From NCBI GenBank assembly GCA_016703265.1, contig JADJCK010000004.1, positions 205,520-269,519 on the forward strand: 64,000 nt of DNA, written 5' to 3'. Source of the DNA: a bacterium. Lineage in GTDB: Bacteria > Krumholzibacteriota > Krumholzibacteriia > LZORAL124-64-63. Below the pieces are notes generated by a model. The model was not told the origin of the DNA. It searched no databases and worked only from the letters and a program-made list of their open reading frames with translations. Below are positions 48,186 to 57,315 of this stretch, in pieces (position 1 is the first letter of the stretch; each line of letters opens with the position of its first letter). A program made the position numbers and the translations under genes.

Positions 48186-48325
48186 ATCTTCATCACGGCA
48201 TCGGCCTCACCCAGAATCCCAATGATCTGAGTCTCTGTGATCTCGGACGTCCTCATCGGAACCTCCTGGCTGCAGTACGCCAAGAAGCTCCGCTTCTCAA
48301 CTGTCTGGATTCGGGGGCAGCTTAC
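48186..48325 (-). mobile_element. solo remnant of the IS3-family element (terminal ~140 bp: IR plus first ~25 codons of orfA)
   Basis: Roughly 85% identical by eye to 17775..17913, including ...CTTCTCAACTGTCTGGATTCGGGGGCAGCTTACG and MRTSEITETQIIGILGEADA. Diverges after 48190. Confidence 0.6.
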
Positions 48326-48596
48326 GCTGGCACTCACAACCTATTGTCGACGCGACGGCAAGTGGGTGACACAGATCTCGCAGCCCAACACCTTGCTTCA
48401 GTGGCGGGTGCGGTTGGCGCAGGCACTGCTTTGCGCAGCCCGTTGCAACCGTGACCATCAGCCGCAAACAGAAGTTTCGGCGCCGGTCCCCGACCGGAAA
48501 AGCCAACCCGCCCCGCTCCCACCCGCGCGGCCACGTGCAATCTCAACTGTTTGGCGGTGCTGGACACCGCCTAGTCACGTTTCTGGCTGCTGAGAA

Positions 48597-48929
48597 TCAC
48601 CTCGCGGGCGCAATGGTGTAGATGGCCACGAAGTCAGGATCGACCAGAACTTCGCCAGTAGTTCGAAGATGATACTCCCCCGGCGTGGCCACATGAATGG
48701 CTGATGTATCGGGTGGCAGATTGAACTGCTCGCCCTCTCTCATTCCCTCCAGGCCCAGCAGGATTCCTTCGCGACTGTGCGCTCGCAGAACTCGGCCATA
48801 AAACTGCCCCTGCTTCTTGATCTCCCCGTTCTCTTCGAGAAACGTAAGGCCGACGAGTACTACCGAGCCAGTGAGAGACTGGGCGAATTCCTCGTTCCAT
48901 GGTGTTTCGTCCGGTCGTGAATCAGTCAT
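48597..48929 (-). CDS. hypothetical protein (110 aa)
   Basis: ORF only. Confidence 0.45.
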   Translation of the reverse strand: MTDSRPDETPWNEEFAQSLTGSVVLVGLTFLEENGEIKKQGQFYGRVLRAHSREGILLGLEGMREGEQFNLPPDTSAIHVATPGEYHLRTTGEVLVDPDFVAIYTIAPAR

Positions 48930-48954
48930 TCACTTCTCCTCAAAAGTTGTGTCC

Positions 48955-49050
48955 AGACGGCGTGGAGCAGCTGCCCAGCGCCGGCTTCAGCAGCGAAGAC
49001 GACTGGCGTTGGCCGTGTGCATACACGGACCGTGACCGGCGGCTTCGTCT
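48955..49050 (+). repeat. intergenic repeat copy A (GCTTCAGCAGCGAAGACGACTGGCG ... TCTGCTGCAAG)
   Basis: Shares a 25/26-bp core and a downstream TCTGCTGCA(A/G)G box with 50100..50190. Confidence 0.5.
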
Positions 49051-49293
49051 GCTGCAAGATCCGGCCAGGTGCCATCCACCGTCGCGATTCATGGCCCTCG
49101 CGACCTGCCATCGCCAGGACGCCTCTTCCTTCCGGGCAAGCCGTACTCGTGAAGCATACTCGCTGGCAGCACCGTTCCAAGATTCGGCAGCGCAGAAGAG
49201 AGCGCCGCGCATCCGCGTTCTCGATGTGTATGCGCACGACGCTATTGGCTGCTGCAAATCTGCTCAGAGATCGCGCTTTCGGAGTATCCAGCC

Positions 49294-50058
49294 TCATCTC
49301 GGAAGAGCCCCTTCAAGCTCCACCCGAAGCGGCCACCGACCCTGCAGCTTACCCGCCTCCAAGTAGTCGTGGTGGAAGTAGCTGATGACCCATGCCGCTG
49401 AGCCGGGAAGTAGCGGTAGCAGCACACAGTCCGAGTTGGGGTTGCAAAGAAGAATGTCGGCCCAGCGGTCACGAAGCGTCGCGCTTTCGATCAACGCCGC
49501 CATCGATTCGTACTCCCAGAGAGCGACTGCATACTCATCCGCAGAACCGGTCAGCAACGTCTCGACGGCGACCTTCGCTATCGGCGCTTCCGTCGCCTCC
49601 GGCCACCGCCCCGAGTACACCAGCTCGAACCGGCCCGTGTCGAGTTGGGGTGCCCAGGGAGCCCACGCCACTTGCGCCTCATGTGCCCAATCCGTGACAA
49701 GCGCTCGCGCCTCCGCATCCAAGATCCACGCACTCTCCGTCACATGCGCGAGTCCGAGATTTTCGAGAGCACTCCGATCGCTGGTAAGGTGCCGGCCCAA
49801 CATGCGGAAGAGTGCGGGAGCGCCGCGGCATTCGCAATGCGCGATGCAGTACTCTCCAAAAGGGGAGCGCCTGATCGCAGGCGGAAGGCCTTGCGTCCAA
49901 AGGCGCAGTTCGTCAACCGTGCGCAACTCGGCCAGACGCGCGCCGAACCCCGCTGGTTGCCAGCGACGATCATCAGAGCCAATTGCCCGGACCAAATGGT
50001 CCCATCGACGCACGACCGCGTCTCTCAAGTCCTTGTCAAACATGTCACCATTACTCAT
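49294..50058 (-). CDS. hypothetical protein
   Basis: ORF 49294..50094; ATG at 50058 (MSNGDMFDKDL). Confidence 0.45.
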   Translation of the reverse strand: MSNGDMFDKDLRDAVVRRWDHLVRAIGSDDRRWQPAGFGARLAELRTVDELRLWTQGLPPAIRRSPFGEYCIAHCECRGAPALFRMLGRHLTSDRSALENLGLAHVTESAWILDAEARALVTDWAHEAQVAWAPWAPQLDTGRFELVYSGRWPEATEAPIAKVAVETLLTGSADEYAVALWEYESMAALIESATLRDRWADILLCNPNSDCVLLPLLPGSAAWVISYFHHDYLEAGKLQGRWPLRVELEGALPR

Positions 50059-50099
50059 GCCCGCCACTCCTTCATACAGCACGGCCGCATGCACCTAAC

Positions 50100-50190
50100 A
50101 CCAGCTTCAGCAGCGAAGACGGCTGGCGCGGACCGTGCATCAGCACGAGCCATTACAGATGGCCTCATCTGCTGCAGGCTTTGGTTGACA
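50100..50190 (+). repeat. intergenic repeat copy B
   Basis: GCTTCAGCAGCGAAGACGGCTGGCG ... TCTGCTGCAGG. Confidence 0.5.
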
Positions 50191-50223
50191 CTTGACACCG
50201 CATCAACGGCATAACGGTTTCCA

Positions 50224-50739
50224 CTAGCCGTCACTTGAGCCCAATTCTCTGTAGATGCCACCAGGGCCTCCGTGATTCCTGCTCTTGCGACGCGTCATCA
50301 CCATCTCCAGCGCGCCAAAACGCACCGCGATTTCCCTGTACGGCCCACCCGCCTCATCGCGACCGACCCAGAAGATCATCCTATGCTCAAACAGCCCAGC
50401 GGCGATGGCGTCCACTTCATCACGGAGCAGTTCGGCGCAGTGACTGCCCGTGTCGTCTTGAAGAGTCGCCACCGAGCGCCAAGCCCCGGCGTCGGTGTTC
50501 TCCAGATCCACCGCGGCATACTTGAGGTCAAGATCGAAGTACCCACGGTCAAGATCGCCACACCGAAGCACAAGATGCAGACTGCACGCAATTCGATCCA
50601 GCGTAACGGCACGAATTAGACCATCGTGAAGACTGACTTCAGACGCCAGAGCATATAGAGCCGGCGGAAGCACAGGCTTGAGCTGGCGGACATGATCGCC
50701 ATATGCAGAAGCCACTGCCCGGCGCTCGCCATCAGGCAT
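50224..50739 (-). CDS. hypothetical protein
   Basis: ORF 50224..50949; start ambiguous (MPDGERR at 50739 avoids overlap with the NADAR gene). Confidence 0.4.
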   Translation of the reverse strand: MPDGERRAVASAYGDHVRQLKPVLPPALYALASEVSLHDGLIRAVTLDRIACSLHLVLRCGDLDRGYFDLDLKYAAVDLENTDAGAWRSVATLQDDTGSHCAELLRDEVDAIAAGLFEHRMIFWVGRDEAGGPYREIAVRFGALEMVMTRRKSRNHGGPGGIYRELGSSDG

Positions 50740-50797
50740 ATCACCGGACAACCACCTGTCCGTAAAGTATCTCACAGCCGCACCCCCGATCCATCTC

Positions 50798-51673
50798 TTA
50801 AGTAGCCGCGTCGCCCGCCCGCCGCAGCGTGCGGATGTCCAGTACCGCGACGACGCACGGATCGGCGCAGTCGCGGACGAAGCGATCCCGGGCGACCAGC
50901 CCCAGCAACACGTCGGGGTATGGTCGCGCCTCAACCGACAGGAAGACATGCAGCATACTTCGCGAGCAACCGAAGCGGACGACGGCGCCGAGCGGGCCGT
51001 TCAGCCGCTCTACGGAGATCTGCCCGGCCGGAGCATCCTGGGGTCCGAGTGACCGGGATGCAACGGACCGCGCGTGCTCGGCCAAGTTCAGCTCGGGATG
51101 GTCACTTTCACAGGCGACGCAGGTGCCGTGCTCGAGTAGTGCCAGACCGACCGCTGCCCGGTCGACGACCGCAGGAAGCGCGGCCAACACCGCCTGCCGG
51201 CGCAGAGTGCGGCGTACGGGCTCCAGAACGAGGCCGAGCTTGTTTCCCCCCTCACCATCGCCTCCGTCGGCCCAATAGTCGTCGTTCCGCGTGTGCTCTA
51301 CGAGGCGTGCATCGCAGGTCGCCAACAGGATCTCCCGTATGTCGTCGTGCTGCTCGAATTTCGCCAGCACGCATCTTTCCATGACGGCATCTTTCACGGC
51401 CGCCCAGTCCGCACGCAGATTGCCATCCCTGCCGCGCCCTATGCGCGCCGCCCTGCCGGGCGTGGTCGCGCTGCGAATCAGGTCCTCCTTCGGAGTACCC
51501 GCGTACTTCTGTGCCTGGAAGTAGTGCTCTGTCGTGGGCCAGACCTTGCCGTCCAGAGTGATCGGATGCGCCGAGAAGTTCGAGAAGCAGCCGTAGGCGT
51601 CTTCTGCCCGATAGAAGAGGATGCGCGGCTCGTCATCATCGTCAAGAGTGTCGTGATCGGACTTACCGCACAT
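50798..51673 (-). CDS. NADAR (YbiA-like, DUF1768) domain protein with ~150-aa C-terminal extension
   Basis: ATG at 51673. RILFYRAEDAYGCFSNFS...TTEHYFQAQKY...NDDYWADGGDGEGGNKLG. Confidence 0.75.
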   Translation of the reverse strand: MCGKSDHDTLDDDDEPRILFYRAEDAYGCFSNFSAHPITLDGKVWPTTEHYFQAQKYAGTPKEDLIRSATTPGRAARIGRGRDGNLRADWAAVKDAVMERCVLAKFEQHDDIREILLATCDARLVEHTRNDDYWADGGDGEGGNKLGLVLEPVRRTLRRQAVLAALPAVVDRAAVGLALLEHGTCVACESDHPELNLAEHARSVASRSLGPQDAPAGQISVERLNGPLGAVVRFGCSRSMLHVFLSVEARPYPDVLLGLVARDRFVRDCADPCVVAVLDIRTLRRAGDAAT

Positions 51674-51792
51674 GACATCGTCCCCCTGGCAGTCGAACGG
51701 CACGTTTCGGGTTCGAAAACTGCGTACACGCACTGCGCCCATCGCCGGTCAGGCCTCTCGGCGGGACCTTCAACTGCCCCTGCCATGGCGAT

Positions 51793-52846
51793 TCAGTATT
51801 CGCGAAGATCTTCCAGGCTGACCTCGATGCCGCCTTCGCCAGGCTCAGCTGCCAGCGCCTTGTCGTAGAATGGGGCCTCTCGTCCGCGCCGGTCCGATCG
51901 GCTCCGCTCGCGGCGGCCCACCTGCCTGTAGATCTCGGCCATCGCGATCGTTGCGAAGAGCCGATAGTGATAGGCGAATTCGCTGTGCGGCAGTTCGATA
52001 TGGACGAGCGTGGCACCAGCGAACCGCTCTGTCGCCAGATCAGCGGCGCACATGCGGGCCTCGTCCGGAATGACGATCAGCTGTTCCGGGCCATTGGACA
52101 GTCGGGCCTGCCCAAGTGGTGTTCCCATTCCCCTGGTGTTTACGACGACGACCTCCCGGAACGACAAGCGCGACCCCGGTTCACCGGCACCAGCCTGGTG
52201 GTATTTCGACTGGCGCGCGGCGGCACGCCCCTCCGCGCGCTTCCAGCGCTCAGATCCGAACCACACGCCGCCGGGATCATCGATCAGGCATCGGCGCCAG
52301 CCGAACGCGCACGCGGAGCGGATCGCGCTGCCCAACTCCACATGATCGTCGCCTCCGACCAGCAAAAGCTCGGGGCGACGGCCGTCCGGACTTCCGCCGG
52401 CGCGCATCCGGCCGACCCCACCCCGTGTCAGATAGTAGAGGCCGACCCCCGAAGCGGCGGCGACATTGAGGCAGTTGATCGCTTTGGAGTCCATCGGGAT
52501 CTCCACGGCTGCAGACATGGAGGCCGTCACTTCGCGGGACAGCCCGCGGCGCTCGTTCCCAACGATGAGCGCGGCCGCCGTCGACCGCGGCAGCCGGTAC
52601 CCGTAGATGGCTTGGGCGCCGGCGCTGTTGTCGAAACCAATCAGGAGGGGGAACGCCTCCGTGAGCGCGGCGATGGTGACGTCCGGCACTGCAAGGCCGT
52701 CTTCGTCGCCTCTCGCTTCCGTCAGCCCTTGCGTATCGCGGAAGAGGCATGTGCAGCCGAACATCTCGGCGGCGTGCATCATCGTCTGCGCGTTGTGGTG
52801 GTTCTCGATGCCGTCACCAACGAGCGCAATTCCAGCTGTCTTCATC
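51793..52846 (-). CDS. SpoU/TrmH-family RNA 2'-O-methyltransferase with a second degenerate SPOUT-like half
   Basis: ATG at 52846. ALIVGNERRGLS...VEIPMDSKAINCLNVAAASGVGLYYL. Confidence 0.7.
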
Positions 52847-52945
52847 GGTGGACGTCCTTCTGTGCGACTACTCCGCGCAGCTGATGTCTCCGTCGATGTC
52901 CGCGGAAAGGGCCGTCGGCGCCCCACCGTGCTTGCTGCGCGTTGC

Positions 52946-53671
52946 TCAGTCCGTCTCTTGATCGCGTTTGCGCCCGAAGGCGCCCGTCGCTGCCGCCTGC
53001 CCCGTCCAGTTGATCCGACATTGTCGCGCGAACGCATCGGCAAAGGCCTCATGGTCGCTGGTCCTGGCTGCCGCGCTTCGCATTCGGCGACGGGAGTGTT
53101 GGATCAGGTGGTGACCGATCTCATGGACCAGCACGTCGAAGAGCATAAAATCACGAAGTGCCGCCCGGCTGGGCCAATCAACGACGGTGACGGTGCCGGC
53201 GTTGACGACCTCGACACTCGCACCCGCCCGCTCCAGCTGCGCCACCGCCCCGGCGTCGACAATCCCGTCGATCCGCCACGGAGGAGGAGGCTGGGCGAAG
53301 AGAGTGATGCACCCGGGATTCTCGTACCGCCCCAGTTTCAGCTGCCGGGATCCGTCATTCGCCGAACCCAAGGTGATGCAGCGCAGGCCATAGTAGCACT
53401 CCGGCCCGAGGCGCAGCAGGGCTTGTCTGATCTCCCGCCTGTTCAGGACGTGCTCACGACCAGGCCGGGGACGAGTCTCGACAATCCGCGGAAGTATCGC
53501 CCGACGAATCCGACGCGGCTCGCTGGGCTGCGGCACAACGCCTCTCAACTTGAGCTGCCTGGCCACCCGCCGTCGCTGCCGCGCATCGCCCGCGCTGCGC
53601 GGCGCCCGCGGATCGGCCGTGCGATCGGTCGCGATCAGGATCCGTGGTCTCGTGTGCTTGCTCCGGGACAT
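52946..53671 (-). CDS. ImmA/IrrE-like (DUF955) HExxHxxxH zinc peptidase domain protein with Arg-rich N-terminus
   Basis: ATG at 53671. DVLVHEIGHHLIQH followed by EAFADAFARQ. Confidence 0.45.
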   Translation of the reverse strand: MSRSKHTRPRILIATDRTADPRAPRSAGDARQRRRVARQLKLRGVVPQPSEPRRIRRAILPRIVETRPRPGREHVLNRREIRQALLRLGPECYYGLRCITLGSANDGSRQLKLGRYENPGCITLFAQPPPPWRIDGIVDAGAVAQLERAGASVEVVNAGTVTVVDWPSRAALRDFMLFDVLVHEIGHHLIQHSRRRMRSAAARTSDHEAFADAFARQCRINWTGQAAATGAFGRKRDQETD

Positions 53672-53983
53672 GAATTGCGCCCCCGTACCTGCATTGCAGC
53701 ATCGGCGTGCCTCGCATGATGACCGATCTGGGCCGCGCGTGCCCGGGACGACACATATTGTCAGGGATCGTTTGGGTGCGGTCAAGCGGCGCGTGTTCTT
53801 GCGTGATGCGCGCCGGACGCAATTGAGGTGGCGGAGGTAGTGCGACGGCAACGGGGCGTCACGGGACGGATTCAGAAGCCGGATCAAGGCAAGGCGCTGT
53901 TCGATTGACCTCTGGTTCGGAGTTGCGGATACTGAAGAGGGCCACGCGATATCGCGTAGCTCTTGAAGGGGGGTAATGGCGCC

Positions 53984-54828
53984 ATGGAATTTCCTCGCCC
54001 CACGCCGTTGCGACTCATAGCGGAGAAGACATGGGCGATTATCCAGGCGGGCGGCTATACCGCCGATGATGGCATGCGCATCGAAATCGCACAGGAGATC
54101 GCAGCTGCGGTCGCCGGCACACAGCTCTTTGATCTAGGGCGTCTCGAAAGCCTGCTCAATCGTGCTGGCGGCAACGGGCCGCGTGCCGCGATCGAGGTGA
54201 CGGGCGAACTCACGCAGGAGGCGGCCAGACGAATGATCCTGGACGAGCGCTGCAAGGACGTGCTTCTGCTGAACTTCGCGTCCGCAAAGCGGGTCGGGGG
54301 CGGGCTTCTGACTGGCGCGAAGGCCCAGGAAGAGGATCTCCTGCGGGCATCAGCGCTGTACCCCTGCCTGCTGAAGGTTCCTGAATACTACAGCCGCAAT
54401 CGGGAATGCGGACACCTGACCTATACTGACCACATGATCGCGTCGCCACGCGTGCCATTTTTCGGGTCAGCGCGCACGCGCTGCTCCATCGACCGTTTTT
54501 TGCGACCGTCATTTCGGCTGCGGCCCCGAACGCGATGGCACTCACCCTCCCGTGGCCGGCCAGTCTCGAGGACCGCGACTACCAAGCCATCCTGCGCCGC
54601 CGCGTGGGCATGGTGCTCGCGCTCGCCGAGCATCTCGGCAGTCGTCAACTTGTTCTGGGCGCCTGGGGTTGCGGGGTGTTCCGCAACGACCCCGAATGGG
54701 TCGCGGGTTCATTCGGCCACTGGCTCGAGCACACGCGTTTTGCGGGCTCCTTTGATCGTGTGGTGTTCGCCATCCGGGACCGGAACACGGCCAACCGCAT
54801 GGTCTTCGAAAAGCGCTTCGCCACCTGA
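53984..54828 (+). CDS. bacterial-type poly(ADP-ribose) glycohydrolase (PARG, DUF2263), frameshifted as assembled
   Basis: GGG-X8-QEE signature (VGGGLLTGAKAQEEDL) in ORF 53963..; macrodomain loop LVLGAWGCGVFRNDP in ORF 54535..54828 in another frame. Frames join at the T5 run 54458-54462: one extra T restores ...SPRVPFFRVSAHALLHRPFFATVISAAAPNA. Confidence 0.7.
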
Positions 54829-54879
54829 ATTCTAGCCGAGCGGAACAAGCCGTGCCCGGCGCGGTGTCCGCGTGCCCGC

Positions 54880-55632
54880 CTATTCGGGGCTTCTGGCGTC
54901 ATTGGTCGAAAGCACGGCAGTCTCATCCTGCCGGGATGCACCGCGCCAGATCGCGCCGTAGCCATAGGACCCTGGCGATCTGCTGTCCCAATAGTAGGAG
55001 CCATTGGTCTCCACACAGATGGCCCAGCCGCTCTGCGCGCGCGCTAAGCGCATCGCGTCGGGGAGCCGCTCCATGCCGGCCTCGATCGGCATCCATGGCT
55101 TCGATTTGCCCGCCTGCACATTCACGGTGAACACAAGGCCTCGCCGACGGGCCATTTCGGCATCAAGTTCGAGACCGCGCTCGGCGTCGAAGCCGGCCGT
55201 TCCTGCGCATGTTGCACACCTGTCCTCGAGTGTCGTGGGGAGGAGGCGCTTTCTGCACATCTCACATCTACGATTCTCGTTCCAGTGGCCGGTGAGGGGG
55301 AACTCATCCCTGGCCATCCCCCATTCGACCATCTCCGGTGCATCGAAGTCGAACCAGTCGCCTTCCGCGTCAAGGGGCGGTGCAGGAGTCGCCCCATGCA
55401 GGAAGCCGGCTATCCAGTACGCGGCCTCGTGGGATTGATCGACGATTTCGCTCTTGCTGATTCGCGTCGTCTTTTGCTGAGCGGGGCACCAGACGAGGAT
55501 TCGACCGGGGAACGTGAAGGCGTTTCCAACCAGATAGTGACGTCGTTCACCGCAGCCGGCGTCGAGATCCACCCAAAGCGTCTCGTCCAGGCGGAATGCC
55601 AAAGATCCATCGTTGTTTCTGACGTCAATCAT
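54880..55632 (-). CDS. zinc-ribbon protein of unknown function, paralog B
   Basis: 250 aa; colinear similarity to 36413..37183 over the whole length. Confidence 0.6.
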   Translation of the reverse strand: MIDVRNNDGSLAFRLDETLWVDLDAGCGERRHYLVGNAFTFPGRILVWCPAQQKTTRISKSEIVDQSHEAAYWIAGFLHGATPAPPLDAEGDWFDFDAPEMVEWGMARDEFPLTGHWNENRRCEMCRKRLLPTTLEDRCATCAGTAGFDAERGLELDAEMARRRGLVFTVNVQAGKSKPWMPIEAGMERLPDAMRLARAQSGWAICVETNGSYYWDSRSPGSYGYGAIWRGASRQDETAVLSTNDARSPE

Positions 55633-55703
55633 CTCCGACTCCGGGCTCGCGCCAATGGCGCATACAGGCCAGGTGGTGAGGGCTCCGTCTGCAGACTGCG
55701 CAA

Positions 55704-56308
55704 CTAGCGGTGACCTCCGTCAAACCGTCCTCGCCAACCGCGCTTCTCGATGGAGAGGACGTTCGACACGCTCTTCAAGGACTGCAGATAGACCCCCATG
55801 AGCTGCAGCTCATTGTCTTCTGGATCGCCTTCGTAGTCGGACGCCAGGACGAGATTGCCATAACTTCTTGTCCATTTTGCCGCTGTATTGTCGACGACAA
55901 TGATCCTCTCAAGATCGTAACCGAGCTTCTTGACCTTCTTGATGTTCTTGGTATGACGATAAGCGAAGTCATGATGATCAAACTGCAGTGTGCAGCGTTC
56001 GCGCGCCCAGACGAAATCAAGTTCCGCGCGCGCGCCGAACAGGTGGTCGACAACGCCGGCAGCATAGGCCTCCGTCGCTGAGGTCCAAACCGCCAACCGG
56101 AATGCCGCGGCACACGAAGCAATGAACTCTCGCACGAAGGGTCGCTCGTAGCCGTGATACCCACCGACGCGGCAGTCGGCCGGCGTTTCCAGAGGCGGTA
56201 TCGTTCCGAATATCAAGGTCTCGTCGAGATCCAGGATCAACAGCTTCCTGTCCACGCGTCCTCGCTTACATGTGCCGACTAGAGTTGCAGGCTTGCACGA
56301 CCACTTCA
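55704..56308 (-). CDS. NIF/FCP1-like HAD-family phosphatase
   Basis: ATG at 56308. LLILDLDETLI (DxDxT), RPFVREFIASCAAAFRLAVWTSATEAYAAGVVDHL. Confidence 0.7.
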
Positions 56309-56485
56309 TTGTTGGCCGCTCGTCTCGAGCCCGGCCAGTCACGCCAATTGCCAGGATTCCACTTGCCCGTTGGTGCCTTTGACGTCCCAATCGAGAACTG
56401 CACTCATGTATGGCATCGCCTCGGCAAACCAGGACTTGGCCGCAATTCGGGTTGCCGATGAGCCGCAGACATCCTGGCGATTCGT

Positions 56486-57148
56486 CTATCCGGACCCACC
56501 ATCATCAGGCGCGCGCTTGTAGTACTCGCGGACATTGCGATCGCGGTAGAAGTACCACACCAGAATGGCGATACTGATCACGCCCTGTACGACCCGGCCC
56601 CAGCGAGCGGTATCGCGGGACATGATGGCGGCTTCCCCGGTCGAATCGGCGATAAGCCCCAGATTGTTGATGCCGATCGATCCGTAGTGGATGACCGCGA
56701 GCACAACGAGTGCGTGTCGCGCGAACGAATGGCCGCGCCACGCCCCGGCCGCTGCTGCCGCGATGGCGACACTGAACGACAGTTGGTACGCCCAATTTGC
56801 TGGCGTCAGAAGACCAGCAGGGTCCTCCACATTGTCTACGCCGGCCATGATCGACAACGCAATGATGGGAAAGGCCGCCACGACAACCACCAGGTAGATC
56901 GTGAGCACAGTGACGGCTCGAGGCCGTCCCGCGCGGCGTGATTCCCGCCTTCCTGGCCGCCTGTGGATAGTGGAGCTTGGGCATGGACAGCCGCACCGGC
57001 TCTTCATCGACGACGACGAGATCCTCTTCGTGGGGTGCGTTCGTTTGGCTGGAAGCCGAAGTTGTCGTGGTCACCAACTCACGTGACGGTCCCGCACATC
57101 CCATTGCGATGAGCGAAAGGAAAACGTAGGCCAGCAAGGGCTTCATCA
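56486..57148 (-). CDS. membrane protein (4 TM), possibly preceded by a lipoprotein-signal segment in another frame
   Basis: Frame a (56486..56911) gives four convincing TM helices. Frame b from ATG 57148 gives MMKPLLAYVFLSLIAMGCAG (lipobox) plus a TonB-like ...PKLHYPQAARKAG, then degenerates. The frames abut near 56925. Confidence 0.35.
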
Positions 57149-57315
57149 TTCCACTCACTCCAAAGGGTACCTCGGCAGCCCTCAAGTACACCCGTGTAAG
57201 AAGTACATCCGTATAAGCGCGGAACGGACGCAGAGACGGCAATCTCTCTCCGGGAGACGGCCATCACCTCGCCGGCGAGGGCTGGCCGCCCTGAGCGCGC
57301 CGCGCCCGGCGATCG

